64,000 bases of DNA, from positions 88,536,001-88,600,000 of the forward strand of contig NW_027266264.1 in the NCBI RefSeq assembly GCF_022045235.1. Reading direction: 5' to 3'. The translations under genes were made by a program, and so were the position numbers. This stretch comes from Haliotis cracherodii. Taxonomy: Eukaryota. The notes beneath the pieces were generated by a model that did no database searches, was not told the DNA's origin, and worked only from the letters and a program-made list of their open reading frames with translations. Positions within the stretch are counted from its first letter, which is position 1. Each line of letters starts with the position of its first letter. This document shows, one piece after another, positions 53,373 to 64,000 of the stretch.

Positions 53373-54519
53373 ATGTATGTTCAGGATAACCTGAACAACA
53401 AAAACATCATGCAAATTAGTGTGTGCTCATGGCGTAATGACCAACAAGCTGAGATGTATGAGAAATACCTGAAAGAAAATGGCCTAAAAAGCTAAAACGT
53501 GAAGATAAAGAACGTCATATTACTTCACACGTGTAGAAGATACCGAGGGAAAAAAGTTGAAAGTTGTGCAAACAGCTGTGTTCGTGTGCACATGCAGTGT
53601 ATGTCTACGCGCGCGGGGACAATATAATTGGACTGGGGGGAATGCTTATATACCAAAGTTAACTATAAACCCAGCAAACTGAAAAAAAACCCGAATACAA
53701 TCCATATTGACACACATGAAGACATAACTGCAGCTGAATAAACAACAAGGTATTGATCTACCACAAGACAAGTAACAACAATAATACAAATACCACTGAA
53801 CTTGGAACACAACACCAGCCCTACATGATGAAATTTGAAAGGTGTATTAAGGCCTAGTTATTTATTTGCTAAAGTTTAAATGTAAGATTTGCTATCTCAC
53901 TTTATTCACACACACATCATACCAACATTGTACTCTCAGCCATTGTACTTGCAATCACAGGGTAACACAAAAAAACATATGATCTAAACTAACTAAATAT
54001 CAAATGTGTGAGCGCTCACTATAAGAAACAACACATTTCAATAATATGTGCACCCAGGCACAGGAATATCATAAGCGTATGTACAATAAAGCTCTGTTAA
54101 GCCAGAAAATGAACTTGTAACTATAATGTTTAGTGATATCACGTGACAAAGATTACAACATGGTAAACGATCTATGTGCATACGTGCACAACACAACCCA
54201 GGTACATGAAACACAAGGTTACATTGCTAGATCCAGTATGCATAATGCATAGATCGGAAACGTCTCTGTAATGTCATATTACTGAACGCTGAAATCTCGT
54301 CCGATCGCATAACCACTGACAGAGTTCAGATGAAATAGAGCATTGAGGCACATTATAAACTGTTTATATTGAGTCTATATAATTCAAAATCACAAAAATG
54401 TCTCACACGAGTGTAACGCCATGTTACGATGTTTCCCAGAATCACGTCATAGCACATGTAGTGGACAAGGGACGATGAAGTCAATACGTAGCTGTCTGTG
54501 TTTCCCTCTAGGCCATAGT

Positions 54520-54536
54520 CCTCACTGGGGGCTCCA
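54520..54536 (-). promoter_or_regulatory. Primer-binding site (PBS)
   Basis: Minus strand TGGAGCCCCCAGTGAGG, complementary to a tRNA 3' end (...CCTCACTGGGGGCT-CCA). Resembles tRNA-Thr but not verified. Confidence 0.8.
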
Positions 54537-54537
54537 T

Positions 54538-55525
54538 TGAAACCGGAACTGCTTCATGATATGAAGGACAGACGCAGGTGGTGTTCGCAGTTATAGCCAT
54601 CAGTCCAGACACAGACCTCTGCACAAGTAATACAGCTACCACTGCACGACAGATAAATAATATATACACACTGTGCAGACCAATCTGATAGCAGCAATAT
54701 TACTACAAACAGATACATAGTGTTATTGCAGAGTAACTTAAAACATTTCTAAAATATAATAGTAAAACCCTGATTCATTCATACATTATACATTCATACA
54801 TTACACATTCATTTATACCAATATGTAACCTAGCAACACATATGTTTCACATTCTTACTTTCATACTTCATACTTTCATACATCAGCTTCACAGTGATTG
54901 AAGATTTAGTTAAATAATATTTTAGGCCTAAACTTGGCGCTTACTGAATTATTTACCTTACGTAAATAATAACACTTGTAATGCTTACAGAAATACAACT
55001 AATTACTATGATCTGGCTAATATTTACAACAAGACAAAAAGCAGCCAAATTATCAACAGCATAAACACAATATACCTACAAATCCTAGGAATACGTACAA
55101 ACAATAAAATATCATCAAAAGACCAACCTTTAGATGTGATTTCCAAAGTCAATAGATCAAACACCACAATTAGTCCAAATTGTGAATTCCAAAATGTCCA
55201 ATGCTATACGTGTGTTTGACAGTAACATCAAATGTGATCTAAACTGTAGTAAAACTAAACCCTTTAAACTGGAGACAGTAATTAAGCTAGAAAGTTAAAC
55301 ACAAAGGGGCTGTGAGGGGTGCGCTTGGGCAGGCTATTGTGTGATAGTGCACTAGGTGATTGAGGCTGTGGCAAAGTACTCATGCAGTAAGCTGAATCAG
55401 AGAATTAGGAGAGCTGAAGTGTGAAGTATATAATGTTTATAACATACTTGACTGAACATTTAATTCAGTAAAAATCTAAACTTATAAAACTCTGAAAATA
55501 TATACAATTATCTGATCCTGTGTCA
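54538..55525 (-). repeat. 5' LTR (LTR1)
   Basis: Direct repeat of 45809-46847; starts TGACACAGGATC on the minus strand; adjoins the PBS and the TSD. Confidence 0.92.
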
Positions 55526-55771
55526 TTATCAAGAAAAAGATAGGGTTTATACTTGGAGAACTAACCCACCAATTGCCAGAAAATATGGACATAGAGTATG
55601 TGAAAAAAGAACACTATTAAGATTTTCTTCTTATCACTTTGAGGACACTGTGCTAAGTTTAGTGGACACTTTCAATTGCTAAGTATAGCGGACACTGTCA
55701 AGTGCTATGTTTAGTAGACACTGTCAAGTGCTAAGTATGGCGGACACTGTCAAGTGCTATGTATAGTAGAC

Positions 55772-56878
55772 TTACTTACTTACTTACTTTGGAGATTTAA
55801 CGTGCGCTTTCCGACTGATGCGTATTTCGCACACGGGCCCGGCCAGGCCATTTATTGTGTTTCCGAAAGGGGCGAGGGTGGTCTGTGCAACCCAAGAGGG
55901 GGCTTTAGGGGTTGCTTATATAGAATTTGGGAATTTTGAGATTTGGAATAGATGCCGATGGGGTTGGGGAGGAGAACTAAGGGAGCTGGGTATGGTGGAT
56001 GATTGTTTGTTTATGTGATTTTGATTTGGTAGGTTATTATGGTTTTAGATGCGTTTTATTAGTTCCGTTTTTATTAAGAATACGCCTAAGGCCTTGAAGT
56101 TTTCTAGTTTATTTTGTGGGTTTAGTATTGCTTCTAGAGTGAGAGCCTTGTTTAGATTGAGGGTGGTTTGTAATGCGGTTCGATGTGTTAGGTAGTGTGT
56201 GCAGTGGATGAGTGCGTGTTCTGGGGTTTCTGGTTGTTTGCAGTGTGGGCAGTTACCTGTAGTGTGTTTTTTAATTTTTTTTAGGTGGTTATTTAGGTTG
56301 GTGTGTCCTGTTTGGAGTTTAGTGATTACTCTGTCGATTTTTTTTGATGGATGGAGAATTTTTGGTTTGGTTAGTGGTTTGCTGAGCACTCTTTTGATTT
56401 GGCTATTTGAGTTTAGATATAGGTTATGCCATTTTTTGGTGATTTTTTGTTTGTTTACACTTTTAATTTCTGATTTTGAGATGGGTAAGTTTAAGCTTAT
56501 TTCTGGGATTTTGAGGGATAGTTTAGCTGCTTTATCGGCGTTTTCATTACCGTATATTCCTACGTGGGCGGGTATCCACAAGAAGGTTATTTGTTTGCCT
56601 GCTTTTGTTAGGTCGTTGGAGCTTTTAAGTATTTCATTTATTAATTTAGGTCGGTTTTTGGTATTTTTGTTTTGGAGGGCTTGTAGTCCACTTAGGGAGT
56701 CAGTAAGTATTAGGATTTTTTGGTTGTTTTTTGATTCTTGATTGTGGAGGGCTGAGGCCATGCCCATTAGTTCGGCCGTGAATATTGATTGGTTATTTGG
56801 GAGTCGGAAGGATTGTGTGGTTTTAGTTGGTTGTGTGGTATGGACTCCGAAACCCGTGTGTTTGGAGGTCGGATCTGA
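55772..56878 (-). mobile_element. 5'-truncated non-LTR retrotransposon, I group (Nimb/I-like)
   Basis: ORF2 C-terminus, ~250-bp 3' UTR with a terminal stem (CGTGTGC...GCGCACG) and a (TAAG)n tail. Confidence 0.9.
56045..56878 (-). pseudogene. LINE ORF2 fragment: RNase H plus C-terminal CCHC (open but N-truncated)
   Basis: SIFTAELMG, ILTDSLSGL, WIPAHVGIYGNENADKAAK, CPHCKQPETPEHALIHC. The ORF start in the track comes from the flanking minisatellite, and the first catalytic TDGS motif is missing. Confidence 0.92.
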
Positions 56879-57074
56879 GGACACTGTCAAGTGCTAAGTA
56901 TAGCGGACACTGTCAAGTGCTCAGTATAGTAGACACTGTCAAGTGCTAAGTATAGTAGACAAGTAATTTTCACACAACACATTCTGGCAAGGCAGTGTAG
57001 AGATGGCTGGTAATTCACATCAGTGAGACAGGCTGGTGGAGATGGTGCTGTCACTGGTGCTGTATGTCATGGAT

Positions 57075-57397
57075 ATCTCAACAGAGGACATGATGCGTCA
57101 ACAGAGTACAGAATGCTTTACCAAAGGTCACTGATGGCTTTCAGAGGATGTGGATGTCTCAACAGCGGACACAATGTCTCAATAGCCGTCACAATTTTCT
57201 CAACAGAGGACTTGGATGTCTTAACAGAGGATACAATGTCTCAACAGCGAACACAATGTCTCAACAGAGGACACAATGTCTAAACAGCGAACACAATGTC
57301 TCAACAGAGGACACAATGTCTAAACAGCGAACACAATGTCTCAACAGAGGACACAATGTCTAAACAGCGAATACAATGTCTCAACAGAGGACACAGT
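57075..57397. repeat. 20-bp minisatellite with alternating variants (40-bp dimer)
   Basis: TCTCAACAGAGGACACAATG alternating with TCTAAACAGCGAACACAATG. Confidence 0.9.
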
Positions 57398-58298
57398 GCT
57401 TTACCAGAGGTATTGCTTGAACCTTTGATTTGATCTGAACAGTGATGTGACTGTATTTTATACAGTACAAAGCATGGAGCATTCTTCATAAAATGGATGA
57501 GAATAGCCTAAAGTGACATCAATGCTTTTCTCGCCTTGAACATGTGAATTACCCTTGGTGGTGTGACTGTGAGCAACTTTATTAAATTAGGTTTATCTCT
57601 GACAGCAGCGAGATAATTCTGTAATTCCAAAGTCTTTTCATGTTGACAGTCTCAACTGTTTCTGTAACTGCATTGAGAGAGTTTTCTGGAAATGGTGAAA
57701 TTACAATTACATTTGAGTGATTAAATTTTCCTTTGGGCTTCCTCAAAACAAGGCAAGAAGAAAGCGATTCACAAGGCATTGAAGGGTGGAAGAAAAGCAG
57801 CAGATGATATCTGTTTGCCAGAATATAACAATTTCACCGAAGCAAGAAAACATCAAGTGTAGAAATGGCTAAGTTTAAAAGAACACTGTCAGGTTGTGAT
57901 GGTGGGGCATTTGACACTTGATTTCTTCATCACTGTCAAATGTTGGACAATATTAACATCTCCTATTCAGCGAATTGATACCCTTATGCATTTCAGTGAA
58001 TGTTTTGTATGGATATGGAAATGCCATCTGTAGCCTTCAGCCATGAAACATGTGTAAATGAAATCAGTGTAGTGTTCCCATGTGGCACAGATGACAGGGA
58101 CGTGTTTCTAGAACACATGTGCAGCGTGACACTAGAATTAACACAATATTAACATACATATGATACTGTCACATGCAGGCTATTATTGTACAGAAAACAT
58201 TGTGCTTCATGTATCATATTACTGAATACTCATTCGGTTTGAGTATGTATTCAACTATGTATTTGTAAAATGGGTTTGGTGTCCCACCTGTTATTACA

Positions 58299-58575
58299 TC
58301 ATCTGATTGTAGTCTTGTAGTCTAGACAATAGGACATTGTGTTTCATCTGATTGTAGTCTTGTAGTCTAGACAATCGGACATTGTGTTTCATCTGATTGT
58401 AGTCTTGTAGTCTAGACAATCGGACATTGTGTTTCATCTGATTGTAGTCTTGTAGTCTAGACAATCGGACATTGTGTTTCATCTGATTGTAGTCTTGTAG
58501 TTTAGACAATTTGACATAGTGTGTCATGTAATTGTAGTTTTGTAGCTTAGACAATTTGACATAGTGTGTCATCTG
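58299..58575. repeat. Minisatellite, 45-bp unit
   Basis: CATCTGATTGTAGTCTTGTAGTCTAGACAATCGGACATTGTGTTT, ~6 units. Confidence 0.95.
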
Positions 58576-59861
58576 AAGTACATTGTGTGTGTGTGGCGGT
58601 GTGTCAGTGAACACAGCCTTGTACCTCTCTGACTGTTGGTGTCAGGACTGAAGTACATTGTGTTTGTGTGTGTGTGGCGGTGTGTCAGTGAACACAGCCT
58701 TGTACCTCTCTGACCGTTGGTGTCAGGACTGAAGTACATTGTGTTTGTGTGTGTGTGTTTGTGTGTGTGTGGCGGTGTGTCAGTGAACACAGCCTTGTAC
58801 CTCTCTGACCGTTGGTGTCAGGAGTTAAGTACATTGTGTTTGTGTGTGTGTGGCGGTGTGTCAGTGAACACAGCCTTGTACCTCTCTGACCGTTGGTGTC
58901 AGGACTGAAGTACATTGTGTTTGTGTGTGTGTGTTTGTGTGTGTGTGGCGGTGTGTCAGTGAACACAGCCTTGTACCTCTCTGACTGTTGGTGTCAGGAC
59001 TGAAGTACATTGTGTTTGTGTGTGTGTGGCCGTGTGTCAGTGAACACAGCCTTGTACCTCTCTGACCGTTGGTGTCAGGACTGAAGTACATTGTGTTTGT
59101 GTGTGTGTGTTTGTGTGTGTGTGGCGGTGTGTCAGTGAACACAGCCTTGTACCTCTCTGACTGTTGGTGTCAGGACTGAAGTACATTGTGTTTGTGTGTG
59201 TGTGGCCGTGTGTCAGTGAACACAACCTTGTACCTCTCTGACCGTTGGTGTCAGGACTGAAGTACATTGTGTTTGTGTGTGTGTGGCCGTGTGTCAGTGA
59301 ACACAACCTTGTACCTCTCTGACTGTTGGTGTCAGGACTGAAGTACATTGTGTTTGTGTGTGTGTGGCGGTGTGTCAGTGAACACAACCTTGTACCTCTC
59401 TGACTGTTGGTGTCAGGACTGAAGTACATTGTGTGTTTGTGTGTGTGTGGCCGTGTGTCAGTGAACACAGCCTTGTACCTCTCTGACCGTTGGTGTCAGG
59501 AGTGACGTACATTGTGTTTGTGTGTGTGTGTTTGTGTGTGTGTGGCCGTGTGTCAGTGAACACAGCCTTGTACCTCTCTGACCGTTGGTGTCAGGACTGA
59601 AGTACATTGTGTTTGTGTGTGTGTGGCCGTGTGTCAGTGAACACAACCTTGTACCTCTCTGACCGTTGGTGTCAGGACTGAAGTACATTGTGTGTGTGTG
59701 TGTGTGGCGGTGTGTCAGTGAACACAGCCTTGTACCTCTCTGACCGTTGGTGTCAGGACTGAAGTACATTGTGTTTGTGTGTGTGTGGCCGTGTGTCAGT
59801 GAACACAACCTTGTACCTCTCTGATTGTTGGTGTCAGGAGTGACGTACATTGTGTGTGTGG
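58573..59861. repeat. 81/95-bp minisatellite with an embedded variable (TG)n
   Basis: CTGAAGTACATTGTGTT(TG)nGCSGTGTGTCAGTGAACACARCCTTGTACCTCTCTGACYGTTGGTGTCAGGA, ~15 units. Confidence 0.97.
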
Positions 59862-62025
59862 TTTCCAGGCTTATCTGTGTTCTTGGGGGAAGATCACACC
59901 TATTGTAAACACTGAATTACCAAATGGCAGAGGTGGCTTGACAGGCGATCCCTGATAACTCCACCTAAATGTTCCACAAAATATGTTCTAATCACTGAAC
60001 ACAGCCAACTATGTATGAATATAATCAGGTTACACTTGAAGTGTTGAAGTGGTAAAGACTCCTTGAGACTGATGTCAAATACTGCCACCCAAACCTTGGG
60101 AAATCATGTGATATTTCATCCATGTAAGTCTGAGAAATTTCTGGTCAGAGACTTAAATTTTGTATCAGGGAAACTGCTGTTAAGATGTTCAGCTCACCTG
60201 ATTTAAATTAAAGTGAAATTAAATCATTGTCTGTTTGTCTGGTGTCTGTCATCTGTCATCAGCCATGCGTCATCTGTTGTAAACGGCAACTCAGAAATCA
60301 CAGTCTGATGAAACAGAAACTTCCCCTATGTGTTCCCACCAGTGATGACACTTCCGCCTGTTCAGGAGGTGGGAATCAGAGCCAGCCAGGACTGTTATGT
60401 TGGAAAACACCTTTGTGTAAAACTTGGTTATTTTGTTTAATATGTCATGCAGTTTGGTAAATACAACTCTAGTAGCTGGCTCATGGCATTGTTCCATTTA
60501 TTGCAGTGTGATTTGACCTTTGCACTGTAACCATGCCTTTTAGTTCTCCCCAATGCAGTCTATATTACTGAGTAGGAAGTAGCAATGAAATCTCTTCCAG
60601 ATCCTTCACCTTACCATTTTTAAAGTCATCCAAACAACAATGGAAGTCACTTGTCCTATCAGTATCATTATCAAATTATGAAATACCAATGTCTAAATGT
60701 ACTGTTGTAAACGTTTGTTATTTGATGTCACTTTAATTTCTTCAGTGTCTTTATAATGTCAATATGAAAACAAGTCTTGATTATCTGCTGAGATTGTTTC
60801 CAAATTAACAGTGAAAAGTTTATAAATAGATCACTGAAACATCAGTATTGACACCATGTGTGGACAAAAGGGAGACTACTGCTAGCACCCACATTCAAAA
60901 TAATGTTCCCTGATTATAAACACACTGTCTACTGTCAATGAAATCAACTGTATTCAGTTACATCTTAATTATAGCTGCAAAACACCAGAGGCATCTTGAA
61001 GATTAGTAGCCCCATGCTTGTCTTTGAAACTTTACAACAGGCACATAGTGACTATCTGAATAAGTCAGACCTGTTATCTTGATATGTGTCAAGCTTGTCT
61101 GGAAGCAGGGGTGGTTCTCAGTGAGAGATGTAATACCCTGTTCTTGAAGTGATGCTGCCACCAATGTTCTGTGACTGTTGATGCCAGCTGCAGACCAGTT
61201 CAAACTTGATCACACTGGATCAGTCAGCTCTGCAGAAGAATAAAAGTCATTTACTCAAACACCTACACAACAAAAACTGGAATCTGGTTCTTAATGTGTT
61301 TGATTTATTTTTGTGTAAATCAACTGATCATTTCTCGCCATCAAAGGATCAGCAGAAAATTTGTTAATTGAATAATCACTGTTATTTTGCACAGTGGATT
61401 TGTCAAAAGTAAGTGTTTACATGTATATGTTTACTAAAGCAGACGGAATACCCCCATATCTGGGGGTGAAGTGCCAATATAAAAAAAACATACTTTGTTC
61501 AAAGGATTAGCCGATAAAATGATGATCGATTGTTCATTGTTATCTAACTCTATGGTTTTTTTACAGAACCGTGGACTATATGAAAATAGTTGTCACGTGG
61601 GCTTTCGCAGCTGACCTTTGAAACTTGACACCTATGTGAAACAACTCAAACAAACTAAGTGATCAGTTGAGAAATGATCACAGGTTATAATATCCCGAAA
61701 AGCTATATATATTTTAAAATATTTGATTGTTACAGAGCCACGTGACATCGAATAAGTTTATTTGTACAGGTGCAGACCATGGATGTTGGATGTATGGGAT
61801 ATTGTTCTTTTATGTGGATATACACGATTACATTCCTCAAAACATATATATATATATATACATATAACTTTGGTAGGTTGTAATTATGATATTTCCATTT
61901 TGTTTTCCTTCATTTTCTGTTGCATTTAATAGAATCCATCTTGCTCCTCTAAGTTTTCTTTGGGAAGTTCTTTGATGCGAGACAGACATTGTTTTCACAA
62001 GTCTTTTCGTTTGTTGGCGCATATA

Positions 62026-63139
62026 CACTCTTAAAAAAAACAAAACACAGGTAGTATGTAGTTAATTGAACCTGACTACACAAAAAATCTGGTATATAAA
62101 TTGGATATATGTTTTTTGAAAATGTTGGTGGTCTGATATTTGACAAACGGTGAGTCAAAACGCAGCCATTGTCAATTTGCAATGTCTGAAACAGCATTGT
62201 TTTCACACTTGTTGAAAAATGTCATGGAGGAAAACAATGAAGTAAAACCAGACTGTCAGAAACCATCTTCGCGAGGCTGGAATTAGACCCAGAAGACCAG
62301 TTATCATCCCTGTTTTGCAACAGATCCATCGACAGCGACGCTTGCGTTGGTTCCATACCTTACAGCCTTGAAATTTGAGAAACTGGAGACAAGTATGGTT
62401 TAGCGATGAATCACAATTTCTTCTTCACCGGCGAGATGGAAGACAACGTGTTTGTTGTCGTCGAAATGAGCGTTTCGCATCAAATTGTGTACATGAATTT
62501 GACAATTTCGGTAGCGGTAGTGTCATGGTGGGGGGTGCCATATCCTTCACCAGGAGATTTGACTTGGTTGTGGTTCAGGGAAATTTGACAGCAAATCGCT
62601 ACATGAATCAAATTCTTCGACCACCAGAGGGAGCTGTTACAACAGGACAACGCTTCACCGTACACAGCTCGCGTCATAGTAGACTACCTTCAGAATGCCA
62701 ACATCAACGTCTTGCCCTGGCAGTCATGATCTCCAGATCTCAACCCAATCGAACACCTCTGGGATGACCTCGATCGACGTGTACGTCAACGTAAGAACAC
62801 CCTGCAGACACTCCCACAACTGGCCAACGCATTACAAGCAGAATGGCTCAGAATTCCGCAGGACAGAATTCGTACACATATCCTGTCAGTGCCGAGGAGA
62901 TGCAGAGCCGTGATTGCTGCCCGGGGCGGTCACATGAGATACTGAGTTCAACGCAACCTTGTGGCCTCATGTGACATGACAATGAAATGTTTCCAAAGCC
63001 TTTGTACAACAACAACATGTGACTATCGAGCTTCAAAATTTCATATTTGTATCTATGATATTATATTAAATATATCGACTTTATTAGATACAATAAATTT
63101 ACTAAAAATCTACCTGTGCGTTTCTTTTTTTGAGGAGTG
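62026..63139 (+). mobile_element. Tc1-like DNA transposon, internally deleted
   Basis: TA-flanked TIRs CACTCTTAAAAAAAACAAAACACAGGTAG and CTACCTGTGCGTTTCTTTTTTTGAGGAGTG. Relic ~62250-62945: TVRNHLREAGIRPRRP, WRQVWFSDES, LQQDNASPY, SPDLNPIEHLW, GGHMRY*. N-terminal HTH absent. Confidence 0.93.
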
Positions 63140-63626
63140 TATGTTACAGTCAATGTGAAAATGTGATTCACTCAGGCAATATGTTATTTTTTTCAGTCAA
63201 TTTGTAAGATAACTGAATATTTAGGCATTTAATAAATTGCCTTAGTGAAAATGTTACACATTTTTATTATGAAATATACACACAATAAAATAAACATTGC
63301 TCAGGTGAAATATAAGTCAAGATAGTGTAAATGAAAATTGCCTAATACAAAGCAAGTGACTTATCAAAGCTTCGTCACCGTTACCTATACAAAGATACTT
63401 ATACATTTCATTTTTATTTTCAAGACTAAACTGTATTTCAGTTTGTTGATCAATGTAGCAATATGCCCTTACACTGTCAATAAAAGCAACAAATATGCTT
63501 ACGAATGGCGCAGCACAGGTCACGATCTAGTCTAGAATTCTGCTACATCATCAGAGTACTCATGGGGAAAAAACAATAACAAAGGCAACAACCAGTCCCA
63601 GGAATTGCTTTAGATTAGTGCCCCTT

Positions 63627-63760
63627 TAATAGTACATTGTGTTCTGACATGACCAGCAATTAATACTACATTGTGTTCTGACATGACCAGCAATTAATAC
63701 TACATTGTGTTCAAACATGATCAACACTTAATACTAGATTGTGTTCCGACATGATCGGAG
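63627..63760. repeat. Minisatellite, 34-bp unit x4
   Basis: TAATACTACATTGTGTTCTGACATGACCAGCAAT repeated with decay. Confidence 0.85.
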
Positions 63761-64000
63761 ATGAATACTAAATTGTGTTAGGTACATAATTGCTTCTGGG
63801 CAAGTCTGGCAAGTTTGTGGACATTTCATTACATAGATGAGAGTTTTTATAGAGCCATGAAGACGGAGATGCCAGGATCCGACTTAGAATAGATTCAGAA
63901 TTAACTAGACCAAGACTACCTACTTTTTCCTTATAAAACTCCCGAAATGTCAATATTTCATGAAATCAGTGTTGAAAAGCCATTCCTGATGTAAAATGGT

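Larger units (their letters stand above)
44940..55525 (-). mobile_element. Ty3/Gypsy LTR retrotransposon, tandem three-LTR structure
   Basis: TG...CA termini with 4-bp TSD TTAT (44936-44939, 55526-55529); gag then PR-RT-RH-IN order; PBS and PPT present; three LTR copies. Confidence 0.93.
55642..56961. repeat. 26-bp minisatellite split by a LINE (55642-55771 and 56879-56961)
   Basis: RGACACTGTCAAGTGCTAAGTATAGY units on both flanks of the LINE. Confidence 0.9.

Noticed and set aside
60300-60325. CTGATGAAACAGAAAC as a hammerhead core (similar motifs at ~1712 and ~17690)
   Set aside because: No stem II between the boxes; the 17690 motif is the TDES codons of a Tc1 transposase.

Overview
Eukaryotic (metazoan) genomic DNA, not prokaryotic. 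It is AT-rich and CpG-poor, and I can support no host exon, so it is probably intronic or intergenic. The tRNA-derived SINE with an (ACTC)n tail suggests a gastropod mollusc such as Haliotis (inference only). About 40% of the window is ~19 distinct minisatellite arrays (11-95 bp units), which account for nearly all long ORFs in the track. The rest is transposable elements: one mariner, four Tc1-like relics (two of one family, in inverted orientation), three SINE copies, a TIR insertion nested in a Tc1, two palindromic hairpin elements, a 5'-truncated RNase H-bearing LINE, a degenerate Penelope-type hammerhead ribozyme, and a 10.6-kb Ty3/Gypsy insertion with a tandem LTR-internal-LTR-deleted internal-LTR structure bounded by one TTAT target-site duplication. 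I found no new protein-coding system. The most interesting signals concern interplay between TEs and minisatellites: an array apparently seeded at a TE end, TEs inserted into arrays, and one satellite family split into two separately homogenised arrays.
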